NCBI GenBank assembly: GCA_000091205.1
Contig: AP006493.2
DNA: 64,000 nt
Origin: Cyanidioschyzon merolae
Lineage: Eukaryota
Strand: one strand, 5' to 3'
The number at the start of each line of letters is the position of its first letter. Position 1 is the stretch's first letter. The notes below the pieces were generated by a model. The model had not been told where the DNA came from. It did no database searches and worked only from the letters and a program-made list of their open reading frames with translations. Positions 1-11,308 of the stretch are shown in pieces. The position numbers and the translations under genes are program-made.

Positions 1-940
1 AACGGTATATACAATCACCAAAAAGAAACACGAGCACTTTCTGCACCAAGAGATGAACGTCTTGATCAACATCCGCAAATTTCTGTTGCCTCCGGAGTGT
101 CCAGCGGTTTCGTATCTCGCACGAAGTCTCTCACAACTCATTTATTATGCTGTGTGCCTCCATGGTGCTGAAATGCTGCAGACTCGTGATGGAAAGAAAC
201 CGCACGCCAGGAGAAAGTGGATTTGAATGACCCTGGACAAAGGCACTTGTTTGGTACGATTCACGAATCCCGAACGGCTTACGCGCTGGGATGTACAGAC
301 AGGGAACGATCCTCGTAAGCATTTTTTCAGAAGATAACGGGATTTTGCTACGCGACGTTACTATGGATATCGCCATCGGAGAGCAGCCTGCGAGAAACGG
401 AACACCGGACGGGTAGTGTCAAGGCTCCCGACGCGAACAGCCTCTGACGTCCGAACAGACGCCTTCTGAGATCGAGGCCTGGCGTCGGACCGAGTGCATC
501 GCCAACGAGTACCTGGTCGTCACCCGCAAGTGAGGGCATCGAATACCACTATGGATCTCAGTGTTTAGATTGGTAGTCTGCTGGCCTACCGAGCGTTTTC
601 AGTAGCGCTCGAATTTGCACCCGGAGGAGCTCACAAGCTGAACCACTGCCAGAGCGTCACTGCGGCAAGCACGGCCACTGACGGGTCGAGCGCACGCGTG
701 CAGCTTGCTCTCACAGGCAAGCGACTGCTCCTTTTCTACAAACATTACACTCGGTTTGAATTTTAAGCGGGAGAGAAGAGCTTTGAGAGCGAAGACGTGC
801 AAGCTGTAGCCGCTGGAGCAGCTGCATATCCGAGCGTTACGCTTTCCGTGGGCACTGCAGAAGCAGGCGCCCTTGCCAAGCGTCGATGCCGGCGCTCAGC
901 GCTTCGAGCGCTAGCATTATCACCTTCCAGAAGCAAAACT

Positions 941-1777
941 TCAGAGTTTATCGCTAGAAAATGGTCGCGGCATGGTTTTCCATTCATCGTTCTCAAAGGG
1001 AATCTGCAGCTCCTCGCACAGCCGCTTCCATCGATCCGTTGTACCCTCAAAAACAAACGTTACCGGAAGGACGCAAACCCCACTACCTCCGACTCGACGC
1101 AGCTGCTTCATAGCTGAGTATATCTGCGTCTTCTTCACTACCAGTCCGATGGCGTACATGCCGTGGGCGACTCCTCGAGGTGGAATCACGGTCGATATGG
1201 TCGGTCCGTCGAGGCCTCGTAGATCCGTGAACTCGCCAAGACGTCGAGCAACGTCACCAGCGCTTTCACCGCGTATGTTCGCAATGACATTGTAGTGTTG
1301 CTGCGCAGTGAAATGGGCATCCATCCGTTCGATCAGCTCTCGCACGAAATCTCGAAGACGCTCGGCAAATGGATATCGAGTTTGATCCGCTGCTAGGCGG
1401 GAACGATTGCCGATAAGTTGCATTTCCGATTGAAGTATCGTGCCGCCTGGTATTTCTTTGAGATTATTTTCTCGGAGCGTCACGCCGCTGCTGATGAGAT
1501 CAATGATGCAATCGGCGGTGCCAAGCTGGGTAGCGGCCTCTAACGCACCATCCTGGTACAGGAGTCGATAGTTCCGGATGGCGTGAGCTGCCAGGAAAAT
1601 TTCCGACTGGTTCGGGAACTTGGTCACGATGCGCAAGGGTTGTGAGCGAGATTCTGTAAAGCGGCGAAAATCTTCAATGTTGTGGATATCGGTCCAGAGA
1701 ATTGGCACTCCCAGACCCAAACGACAGATACCGAAGCCGAGACTGTCGTGGACAATGACGACATCCGTAGAAGTTCC
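941..1777 (-). CDS. hisG: ATP phosphoribosyltransferase (HisG long form), exon 2 (C-terminal 278 aa, to stop at 941)
   Basis: Translation matches HisG: DVVIVHDSLGFGICRLGLGVP (compare plant DLIIVHEALNFGDCHLS), then LRIVTKFPN, DCIIDLISSGVTLRENNLKEI and a C-terminal regulatory domain. The exon starts straight after acceptor CAG (plus 1778-1780), in frame with exon 1. The upstream part of ORF 941..1918 (MMPLGSHAMPLL...) is intronic read-through. Confidence 0.8.
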   Translation of the reverse strand, partial: GTSTDVVIVHDSLGFGICRLGLGVPILWTDIHNIEDFRRFTESRSQPLRIVTKFPNQSEIFLAAHAIRNYRLLYQDGALEAATQLGTADCIIDLISSGVTLRENNLKEIPGGTILQSEMQLIGNRSRLAADQTRYPFAERLRDFVRELIERMDAHFTAQQHYNVIANIRGESAGDVARRLGEFTDLRGLDGPTISTVIPPRGVAHGMYAIGLVVKKTQIYSAMKQLRRVGGSGVCVLPVTFVFEGTTDRWKRLCEELQIPFENDEWKTMPRPFSSDKL

Positions 1778-3086
1778 CTGAATAGTTCGAATCATGAGCA
1801 GGTTAGTTCGTGTTCTTTCTTGCGCATCCACAGCGTTGAATATCCATATGGAGCGAACAGTTGCTCTAGGTTGAGGCAACGGTAACAGCGGCATCGCATG
1901 CGATCCCAAGGGCATCAAGAGGACCGGTCACGCTCATGGAAATGGTATCTCAAGTCCAGTACAGACTGCCCGGGTAAATTGATGCATATCTCCAGGGTCT
2001 GGATACGGAGTCGATGCATCTGCATCAGATGTTCGGAGCCACGGCATCTCTAGTCCAATCCGGACCGTCCATGGCCGCGGAGACGTACCACCGGCGTATG
2101 GATCCGGAAGCGACGCAACTGCATCTGATGTTCGCAGCAGCAGCAGCAGCAGCAGCAGCAGCGCCTTTGGTCCACTGCTATCCGTTCAGGTCCCTAGAGA
2201 CATCAATCTAGGCTCTGCGTTACCAAGTCGCATGTGAGTGGGAATCGAGATACCATGAACCGTACAACGCGCGACACTCGTAGCGATCACTCGCCGCATG
2301 GCGTGTACTCGGGCAGCGACGAATCATCTCCGTTGATCCGCATTCTAGACCAGTTCATCGACAGGAGCATCTGCACCAGTAACCAACGCGCGCTCCAGTT
2401 CAAGGTATGCACCATGTCGAGCGCGTGTGCGTGCGCCGAGTCACCGCCACCAGCAAACACGCTCCACCGCACAAGACTCACTGCGTAAGAAGGCATTGTA
2501 TTCCATAACACTGCTTGATGCTTTTCGCTCTGACGCCATGGATCAAAGCTTCGAAGCTATCATGTGTCCTATCTGCGGGAGCATCTCGCACTGCATACGG
2601 AGTGATGCTTTGAGCACCTGTTCTCGCATGCAAGTGATTCAATATAGAGCAGCGTTGCTGACAGACGCAGAGCCGGACAGCACGCCCCGTCTACAAAAGC
2701 ATTTGCGCCCATCCGAGCGCTTCCACTCTTGATATCCGACTCGGGTACTGCAGCCAAAATGCACGTCACCGTTACCTCACTACAGGATCATTCTAGAGCG
2801 ATGTCGACAGGCTGGTACTCGTACCACGATCAGCTACCGCTATCTCGCCTGGTGTAGTATCCAAAGCAAAACGACTGATTGGCATGCTACGCGCCTGTCG
2901 CTTCGAGTTTCTCTGGGGATACAGCTTGAGCACCAGCGCCTCAGAGCCGAGCATGCCCATTTGCAGGCATGATCGAGTGCACAGGTGCCTCAATGAATCC
3001 CCGTAGCACACGCAGGTGCCGAGCAACCGATCATGGAGAACGTAGGTCTCGGAACTTGCTCCAGCCTACGCCTTGCACAAACTTAC
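1778..3086 (-). other. spliceosomal intron of hisG (1309 nt)
   Basis: Donor GTAAGT at minus-strand 3086..3081. Acceptor ...CGAACTAACctgctcatgattcgaactattCAG|GG ends at plus 1778. An ACTAAC branch-point-like motif lies about 30 nt upstream of the AG. Joining the exons gives DLVAEYN|GTSTDVVIVHDS, with the same spacing as plant HisG (EYGQENEDLIIVHE). A (CAG)9 microsatellite sits inside the intron. Confidence 0.7.
2135..2162. repeat. (CAG)9 microsatellite inside the hisG intron
   Basis: Direct read of the sequence: cagcagcagcagcagcagcagcagcag. Confidence 0.9.
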
Positions 3087-3548
3087 GTTATATTCCGCAA
3101 CGAGATCATAACCAGCAACCCCAATATCCAAGGTACCATCCTTAACTTTACGAACAATATCCGCTGGGCGTTGAAGCCAGAGCTCAACCTCGGGAAAGTG
3201 CTTGATGCTACCCACGTATTGGCGCGGGTTGCGCAGGTCCACTTCGAGGCCGCAGCTATTCAGCAGCTCAACCGCAGCTTGGTGGATCTCGCCTTTCGAG
3301 GGAATCGCGAGTCGAATCGAGTCACGAGCCTCCGCATCCGCACTCAAGCTCGTAGTTTCATTGCCTAGGTTAGCACTTGCAGCGACCTTGCAACTGCGAA
3401 GCTCACGAACGCCCTGCGCTCGCCGCACTCGCAGGCAGCGACGCGTTTCGCAGCTACCGCCACGGAGCCTAACACTCGTGACAATGGTGCTTATCCGTTG
3501 CCGCTCCTTGATGCTCGAGCGTGAGCACTGCACAACAAACGCCATCAC
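3087..3548 (-). CDS. hisG: ATP phosphoribosyltransferase (HisG), exon 1: about 75-aa presequence plus the N-terminal catalytic segment
   Basis: ORF 3066..3548(-) contains DSIRLAIPSKGEIHQAAVELL...WLQRPADIVRKVKDGTLDIGVAGYDLVAEYN, which is the HisG N-terminus. Directly after the AAC (Asn) codon the minus strand reads GTAAGT, a consensus 5' splice site. The N-terminus MMAFVVQCSRSSIKERQR... is S/R-rich and looks like an organellar transit peptide. The choice of start Met is uncertain. Confidence 0.7.
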
Positions 3549-3786
3549 ACTCCTTTACGAACTTAATCGACCAAGGAGGCTGCGGATCAACAAGCACAGG
3601 TTGATGACTAGTCCTATGAGCGAAGCGGGGGCGCTCGTTCGTCTCCAATGTACACGCGGCCCGGGACCGGCAGCGCTGGGCGCGCATCGCATTCGCTTCG
3701 GCCGGCTATTCGCTGGTGCAGTCGCTTCGCGAATAGCAGACCGCTTTCAAAGGCAGCAAGGGCTCCGACATCACCTGTGCAGCGTC

Positions 3787-5123
3787 AAATAAGGAGACGA
3801 CACTGCTTCCTCCAATGCTGATTTTTAAATCTTTTCCAGAGTTCCTACGCTGTACAGCACCGACGTCCGACGTGCCGCTATGAAGGATAACCGATTTGTA
3901 CGTACTACGTATCGGATGCTCGCGGTGGTTGTTTCGGATTGGTTCATTCGACGCGTCGCCGCCAGCATTCGTTACCATACGAAAATCGTGATGATTCGAA
4001 ATGGGCTCGAGAAACGCACCCTAAAATAACCGATATCAGTATCTAGTGCATACAGGCGAGCCTGCGCTATCCTCCGTGACGTATTGCGCAGGTGTTCGAA
4101 TGCTGGGCTTCGAGGCACCTCGCGGGCGCAGCGTCTCGTGCGGAGAGCTCCACGGCGAGGGAGCCTTGACGTCGTCCCTTATTGGCGTGCTCGTGAGCGC
4201 ATGCCAAAAGCCCGCTCAACCTGTCACGTCAAGTTATCGAGGCCGTCCAAAATTCATCGCCGCCTCGGTTTGTGGTCATCGACGGCATGGCGTGCAGCAA
4301 CCGCTTGATAACGGTTGCGGGAAACGATCCCCAGAGGCTCCCTTGACTTCTGACTGCAGCGGAGAACGCGTATTGGACGCACACTCGAGTCGCCGCAGCG
4401 CTCGCTTCGAGTGCAGCGCGCGTCACCGCTTTGCGAGACGAAAGCGCATTCCGTCCGAGAGTTCTCGGCTTGATCTCCAGCCCGGGGACTTCCCTCTGGC
4501 TCTTGCTCCATCGAAGCGAGCAACGCCTCTCGCAAGCTCCCTATCGAACCTGTGAGCAAACGCGTGCGACAGCAGCGGGCAGAGTGAGTACTCGCCGAGT
4601 GGATCACCCGCACGGAGCCTGTGATCGCTGGGTACACCACCAGCCCCGGTAGCAGAGGAGCGCATCGACGGGAGCCTTCCTGTATCGGTCCATGGCATGC
4701 GCTGAGCAATGGGGCAAGCGCTCGTGAACCAGAGCGTCGCCCGTCGGACAAGACGGGGGCCTCGACGGACATAGCTGCACCTCTGACAGCAGCCCCAAAT
4801 CAGAGTTGCATTGAGCGCACCGGGGCTGTCTCCAGGAAGCAATGGAAACTGCGAGCGAAGCGCGAATCACAGCATTCGCTCGCTCATGGTCTGCTCCGAT
4901 AGCAGCCGGAGGCATCGAAATCGGGACTCGCACGCACTGCCATCAGCATCCTTCGACTGCTGAAGAGAGGCATGGTGGGAAATGAGCGACCGGCGTATTT
5001 GAACCTGGAGATAAGCGAGAGGCGAAGGAAGCACTCGGAGATAGAGCCAGCCACGTCCTATGCTGCCTACTGTGGGAACAGACCAAACCTTTGTCGTGCA
5101 TGAACGAGTCAGAGGATTCGTCC
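3787..5123 (+). repeat. Direct repeat family A, copy 1 (about 1.34 kb)
   Basis: Near-identical (about 99%) to 9972..11308. Every ORF in this span (4046..4555, 4254..4772, 4423..4842, 4604..4933 and others) recurs 6185 bp downstream with 0-3 amino-acid differences. The ORFs overlap on both strands and match no known protein, so the repeat is probably non-coding. Confidence 0.9.
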
Positions 5124-5471
5124 CAATTCAATCTGGTACGCATGCAAACGTTCCGCAAACTCGACGCGACATGCCTCGATTCCGTCCCGCGCTCAACGCC
5201 GCCTACTAGGCGCGTCATTCGACCATGCCGTCCAGAGCGCAATCCTGTGGCCAGCGCGAGCGTTCTAGATATATTCACTGAGGGTGTCGGTCCGCGCCAC
5301 TCGTAAACGCCGTTGCGACCCTTGTCCTGGCAGTATCTCAGCGTTTTGCTGCAAATACGAACAGCTTGAGACTTTCGACGCCGGAGCAGAACGAACTAGG
5401 CGTCCAACAAAGTCGATCGGTGGTGCCCAGATCACGGCGAGTTCAGCGCTGCAACAGCTTGCCCGCAAACC

Positions 5472-6560
5472 ATGCTCGGCGGTTTCGGTGACTTTTTCTT
5501 GCTTGTGGGTGTGACCCTAGGATCCATCCTGCTTAACCTCTTCTTTCTCATTCTGTCCCCGGTGATTGTGCTGTACGTAAAATACGGGGGCGTTGGGAAC
5601 CGTCTGAAGCGGCAGATGCCACTACCACGGGTTCCGCGGTGCGTTTTCATCACCGGCGCGTCATCCGGTGTTGGCGAGGCGCTCGCCTACGAGTATTGCA
5701 AGCGAGCGCGCAAGCAACAGGTTCAGGACCTTGTGCTTTATCTGACTGGTCGAAATGCGACACGGCTCGACCAGGTGTGTGAACGGTGTCGGGAACTCGG
5801 GGCGAGTAAAGTGCATGCCCTAGTCGTGGACGTTGCCGACGAGGCAGCGATGCGTGAGGCGATCACCAAAGCCGACCAAGAACGCCCACTTGATCTCGTC
5901 ATCGCAAACGCCGGTGTATCCGTGACGAATACAGGACTCATGGAGGAAAGCAAGTCAGGCGCTACTGGCTATGAGAGGTCCAAGAAGCTACTTGACGTGA
6001 ACATATACGGTGCCCTGTACACGATCTGGCCGGCGCTGGACTGCATGATCGCACGTCAGCGCGGAGGCCAAATCGCGATTAACGCAAGCATTGCGTCGTA
6101 CATTGCGGGTCCGCTGAATATGTCATACTCTGCGAGCAAAGCCGCAGTTCGATTCTACGGAGAGTCATTGCGCACCGCGATGGCACCATTGGGCATCCGA
6201 GTGAATACGATCCTGCTGGGATTCGTTGAGTCGCGGATGACGGAGCCGTTGAAGAATAGACATGGCCGTTTGCCCTTCGCCAAAAGCGCTGAAGAAGCGG
6301 CTACATCGCTTGCGAATCAAATAGAGCGTGATGTGGGCGTCATCGAATACCCTGCATGGCCATTCGGTGTGCTCGGTGAATGGCTGAATGCCGCCCCGCC
6401 CCTCGTCCGAGAATGGATATGGAGTATGGTGATGGGCCGTATGGTGACGCGCGCGGAACGGAAATTGAGAAAGCGTCAAGCAGCAGATGTGAACATCGCC
6501 GACAGCGGAACCTCGACCAAGTACGCGATCTTGACACGCCTTGTGGAGAAGCTTATCTAA
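5472..6560 (+). CDS. Short-chain dehydrogenase/reductase (SDR), membrane-anchored
   Basis: N-terminal hydrophobic helix (FFLLVGVTLGSILLNLFFLILSPVIVLYV). Rossmann motif VFITGASSGVGEAL, then NAGV, and the catalytic YSASKAAV (YxxxK). Confidence 0.8.
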   Translation: MLGGFGDFFLLVGVTLGSILLNLFFLILSPVIVLYVKYGGVGNRLKRQMPLPRVPRCVFITGASSGVGEALAYEYCKRARKQQVQDLVLYLTGRNATRLDQVCERCRELGASKVHALVVDVADEAAMREAITKADQERPLDLVIANAGVSVTNTGLMEESKSGATGYERSKKLLDVNIYGALYTIWPALDCMIARQRGGQIAINASIASYIAGPLNMSYSASKAAVRFYGESLRTAMAPLGIRVNTILLGFVESRMTEPLKNRHGRLPFAKSAEEAATSLANQIERDVGVIEYPAWPFGVLGEWLNAAPPLVREWIWSMVMGRMVTRAERKLRKRQAADVNIADSGTSTKYAILTRLVEKLI

Positions 6561-7934
6561 ATGCACAGATCAGCATCCTTGACGTGAGCAGGTCGAGCGA
6601 CAACAGCGTTTCCGGGAAAGACGTCCACGGCGATGCGCGAATTCGGCACTGCGCGACCCGGCGGTGATCGCTGCCGGACACGTGTCCACGTATCCGTGGC
6701 TTGCGTGCGCGCGATGCGTGCATCGGGAGCGCTTCCCGTATTGTTCGCGACAAGTTTTTCGACATTGCCATGCGCATGGATACATGCATCATTGCAACTG
6801 CGCATGCCTTCCATGGAGCGGTTACGAGGCGGGACTTGATGGACGTCAGATCATAGACTACGGTTGCGAGGCTGGATCGTGGCGAGAGCGCAAGCGCTTG
6901 TAAGCGTGATGAGATAAATTCAAGTGGTATTGCGTCTGGGCACTTTGGATTCCTCGATAAGCACTGCAGTCAGCGCGATGCTATGTGAACTGGGCCCCCA
7001 TCAAGGGAATTCTCTGACGGTGAGGTCATTTTTATGAAAAGCATCTCTGCACGGTTCTCTTCTCGCGAGCGCTCCTAGGCGTGGATCTGTGCGGTTCCAT
7101 CGAGGTGGCACTGGAACCGTGTTGTTTGCGTTGAAATTTCGGTCGCGGTCAATCCGACAAAAGAACTGCTTTAGGATATCGGTCTGAGCACCGCAGCACT
7201 GAGCATTGACGGTCGTCGGGCGCGAACTTACATGCAGGCCTTCGATTTTTCGATGATGCTCGCATTGGATATGCAGGTAACGAGCCCAAAAGTGGTCTAA
7301 ATAGCGCTGCGGATTTTGCGGGAACTGCAGCGGAAAGCTGCGCAGTGCACGCGGACTCGTGAAAGCCACCTCGTGCCTAATGCTCAAGCCAGCACGCTTT
7401 TTCTTGGAAAAAAGTGCCCGCGTTGCGACTGTTTACCAGAATCGTATCGACGGGCTTTCATCAAGTGTCTGGGATCATTCCGGGCGGCAGCATGCATTTG
7501 GCTGCTTCGAAAGTACTTTTCGTGATACGCGACTACATTCCCATGAACCAAAACCCCCAGCAAGTTCATTCTTTGCGTCACGTTACAGTGCCTGCAGTCA
7601 CAATAATGCCTGAGATCATTGCCACAGTGCTCCGCGATGCATTTTTCTGTGGCGAGTACGCGCCCCGGCAGGCGTCGCAAGTTCCAGTGGCACTCTCGGC
7701 TAGCGTTGTCGACCACCGGCATGCGCTAGACAGCCCCAGGACGGGATCGCCAACCGCTGACGGTTCCGATTCCGAAACATCTGCAGCGATTCCAGGCATA
7801 TTTCATCTACAAGAACGTATCGCCAAGGCGTGCTAGCCCAGTGCCTTCACTCAACGAGGACGAATTATTGTCCAGGATACATCTGGTTTCGTCATGCTTT
7901 CATCTGTACAATCGCTGGTATGCGGGAGACGCTC

Positions 7935-9101
7935 CTACACCGCAGTGTCCTCCTGCATAGCGGAAACATCCAGTCGCATGTTCACTTCCTTCGCGAGCCC
8001 CGTGCTCTCAGGTACGCCAGGCCCGGTGGCAGGTGTGTGTTCGCTTTGGGCATCGGCTTCCGCCGATGCAGTATCAAATTTGGTGCTGGTACTTGGTTGC
8101 TGTTGCCTGTACCGCTGATATAGAAATACACCTACGACGCATACGGCGTAACCGCTGAGGTTCAGCCACGAAATGCGGTTCCGAAACGTTATCCAAGAGA
8201 CGCCGATCACCACGGCCGTCTTTACCGTTCCAAGCACGGTGGAGGTTAGGGCACTACTGCGATCTATGAGCAAGATATCCCCAAAATTCAGCCCAACAGC
8301 GAGCAGGCCACCGGCAATAAGAATCAAAATCGTTTCGATCACGTACAGCGCATCTTTGAGCAGCGCATCGTGACGCATTCGGGTCGTCCCGATGGCTAAC
8401 GCTGCTGGCAGAAGCGTTACAAAAGAGATCGGCGCTTGATAATAGAGAATTTGTATTGGACTAAGGCCCACGGCACTATGCAGTTTGCCCTCGGCACCAT
8501 ACCGAAGAAGCAGCTGCTGTTCAATCAAACGCGCGGAGCCGCATAATACGGCCAGTAATTCTAGCGCGAAACCAACTGGATGAAAGTTCATTTCACCAAC
8601 CGTCGCGACCGCTAAACCGACACTAATGATGACGACGATAGCCAACAAGACACCAGAACGCTGCTCTAGTCCAGCGGCGAGTCCGAAGAGCAAAACCGAT
8701 GCCGGCATGCTGCTCTTAATCATTTCCACGAACGAGGCTTCCAGGAAAAGGTAGCCGGCATTGGTGAACACGATATCAAGCGCGACAAAAAGACCGACAA
8801 GCAGCAAGCGAGGTTTGCGGTACGGCTTGTCGATCGTCGGTCGCGAGCTTGGTACGCACCACATATAGAATTGAGTCGCGAGGGAAAGAAAGAGCATATG
8901 GAAACAGGTGACCACGAGAGGGTACGGGAAGCCCCAGCCGAGGCATCGGCCAGCCGTCCGTGAGGTCTGCCGCTCCTCGGCGGCACAGTTTGTAAACAAC
9001 CACTTGTTGTAGATCACTAGAGAAGTTGAAAACGAGTAAGCAAGCACCACTGCTTTCAGCAGCTGTACAGCTTGCTCACGTCGTGGAGGCGTCGTCATCA
9101 C
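7935..9101 (-). CDS. TPT / nucleotide-sugar transporter family (DMT superfamily) membrane protein
   Basis: Multi-pass hydrophobic protein with the SLVIYNKWLF motif typical of the TPT/SLC35 family and about 9-10 predicted TM helices. Hydrophilic C-terminal tail. Confidence 0.6.
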   Translation of the reverse strand: MMTTPPRREQAVQLLKAVVLAYSFSTSLVIYNKWLFTNCAAEERQTSRTAGRCLGWGFPYPLVVTCFHMLFLSLATQFYMWCVPSSRPTIDKPYRKPRLLLVGLFVALDIVFTNAGYLFLEASFVEMIKSSMPASVLLFGLAAGLEQRSGVLLAIVVIISVGLAVATVGEMNFHPVGFALELLAVLCGSARLIEQQLLLRYGAEGKLHSAVGLSPIQILYYQAPISFVTLLPAALAIGTTRMRHDALLKDALYVIETILILIAGGLLAVGLNFGDILLIDRSSALTSTVLGTVKTAVVIGVSWITFRNRISWLNLSGYAVCVVGVFLYQRYRQQQPSTSTKFDTASAEADAQSEHTPATGPGVPESTGLAKEVNMRLDVSAMQEDTAV

Positions 9102-9971
9102 TAGTCGCCCATGCGTACACGCAATCCTAAGCAGCGTGCGCGCAAACGGAAACCGCTCGCGATAGATGCGGACGTTGTGCGAGCACCTCTAAAACCAAAC
9201 CAGGTTGCACACTCAAAGTGTGCCTGCACCGCCTTGCATAAACTGCCTGCAAGCGCCACCCAAAGCTACAGTGGCTGTCGGGGCGACGCCCTGCCGCTCT
9301 CGCTCCCTGTACGGCGCCGCGGAGTGCAACAGTCCAATAGGCCTCCAACGTTTACGCGCTACTGGAGAGCGTCTTCCCGTTGCAGAGCAAATTTTGAAAC
9401 AGCTTCCCGCCCTGCTGCTGTATCAACCTCGCTTAAGAGCAACTGCTTTGTGCTACGAAGAATGCAGGACGTATACGTCTCCACAGCAAAACCGACGCAT
9501 AGCGCACATGCGGAGCGTCCAGCACAGTCGGCAAATTCTTTTTCATGGACAAAACGTGTCCATGGGCCAGCGGTCTCCGATTGTGCGCTTTTTCCTTTCT
9601 TTTCTTTTTTGTCAGCGTGCGGTGAAGTATCCATCAAACCGCCTGCTTCCAAGTTACATTATCCATACTTCTTCTCGGATATTCTGGTCGTTTGGTTCGT
9701 TCTATTGTGTGCCGAGCGCCTGCTTTGTTGGCCCGCAATGCCGCCTATAGCGCCGGTGCGGTCTCTGCGCCGAGGCAGAACACGGCGTTGCCGTACCACA
9801 CAGAGGACATCGGTTCGGAAGCAGTCGGTCAATGCGTGACGCTTTCGGGTCGTGTGCAAGCAACGAGCGCACCTGCGCTCTTTGGAGCGCATGCTTGCTG
9901 CCTGGTGCGGGATTCAAGGATCGATGGATTCGAGGCAGCACCCGACTCGAATACGCTGGACAAAGGTTGGA

Positions 9972-11308
9972 TGTATGGAAGACGACACTGCTTCCTCCAA
10001 TGCTGCTTTTTAAATCTTTTCCAGAGTTCCTACGCTGTACAGCACCGACGTCCGACGTGCCACTATGAAGGATAACCGATTTGTACGTACTACGTATCGG
10101 ATGCTCGCGGTGGTTGTTTCGGATTGGTTCATTCGACGCGTCGCCGCCAGCATTCGTTACCATACGAAAATCGTGATGATTCGAAATGGGCTCGAGAAAC
10201 GCACCCTAAAATAATCGATATCAGTATCCAATGCATACAGGCGAGCCTGCGCTATCCTCCGTGACGTATTGCGCAGGTGTTCGATTGCTGGGCTTCGAGG
10301 CACCTCGCGGGTGCAGCGTCTCGTGCGCAGAGCTCCACGGCGAGGGAGCCTTGACGTCGTCCCTTATTGGCGTGCTCGTGAGCGCATGCCAAAAGCCCGC
10401 TCAACCTGTCACGTCAAGTTATCGAGGCCGTCCAAAATTCATCGCCGCCTCGGTTTGTGGTCATCGACGGCATGGCGTGCAGCAACCGCTTGATAACGGT
10501 TGCGGGAAACGATCCCCAGAGGCTCCCTTGACTTCTGACTGCAGCGGAGAACGCGTATTGGACGCACACTCGAGTCGTCGCAGCGATCGCTTCGAGTGCA
10601 GCGCGCGTCACCGCTTTGCGAGACGAAAGCGCATTCCGTCCGAGAGTTCTCGGCTTGATCTCCAGCCCGGGGACTTCCCTCTGGCTCTTGCTCCATCGAA
10701 GCGAGCAACGCCTCTCGCAAGCTCCCTATCGAACCTGTGAGCAAACGCGTGCGACAGCAGCGGGCAGAGTGAGTACTCGCCGAGTGGATCACCCGCACGG
10801 AGCCTGTGATCGCTGGGTACACCACCAGCCCCGGTAGCAGAGGAGCGCATCGACGGGAGCCTTCCTGTATCGGTCCATGGCATGCGCTGAGCAATGGGGC
10901 AAGCGCTCGTGAACCAGAGCGTCGCCCGTCGGACAAGACGGGGGCCTCGACGGACATAGCTGCACCTCTGACAGCAGCCCCAAATCAGAGTTGCATTGAG
11001 CGCACCGGGGCTGTCTCCAGGAAGCAATGGAAACTGCGAGCGAAGCGCGAATCACAGCATTCGCTCGCTCATGGTCTGCTCCGATAGCAGCCGGAGGCAT
11101 CGAAATCGGGACTCGCACGCACTGCCATCAGCATCCTTCGACTGCTGAAGAGAGGCATGGTGGGAAATGAGCGACCGGCGTATTTGAACCTGGAGATAAG
11201 CGAGAGGCGAAGGAAGCACTCGGAGATAGAGCCAGCCACGTCCTATGCTGCCTACTGTGGGAACAGACCAAACCTTTGTCGTGTATGAACGAGTCAGAGG
11301 ATTCCGTC
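9972..11308 (+). repeat. Direct repeat family A, copy 2
   Basis: See copy 1. Both boundaries start at gGACGACACTGCTTCC and end at ...GAGTCAGAGGATTC. Confidence 0.9.

Noticed and set aside
1778-1918. N-terminal extension of ORF 941..1918 (MMPLGSHAMPLLPLPQPRATV...) as the start of an independent gene
   Set aside because: The HisG homology begins only at ...GTSTDVVIVHDS, immediately after a CAG acceptor. The upstream residues are intron read-through. The true N-terminus is in exon 1 at 3087..3548.
4046-4933. Multiple 65-172 aa ORFs inside repeat A (4046..4555, 4254..4772, 4423..4842, 4604..4933 and their duplicates at 10231..11118)
   Set aside because: They overlap one another on both strands, have no recognisable domains, and are fully explained by GC-rich sequence lacking stop codons. 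They are treated as a non-coding repeat rather than genes.
3787-11308. Repeat A pair interpreted as LTRs of an LTR retrotransposon
   Set aside because: The interior encodes an SDR and a transporter, not gag/pol. No TG..CA termini, PBS/PPT or target-site duplication could be recognised. The true boundaries are uncertain, so this is left open and not called.
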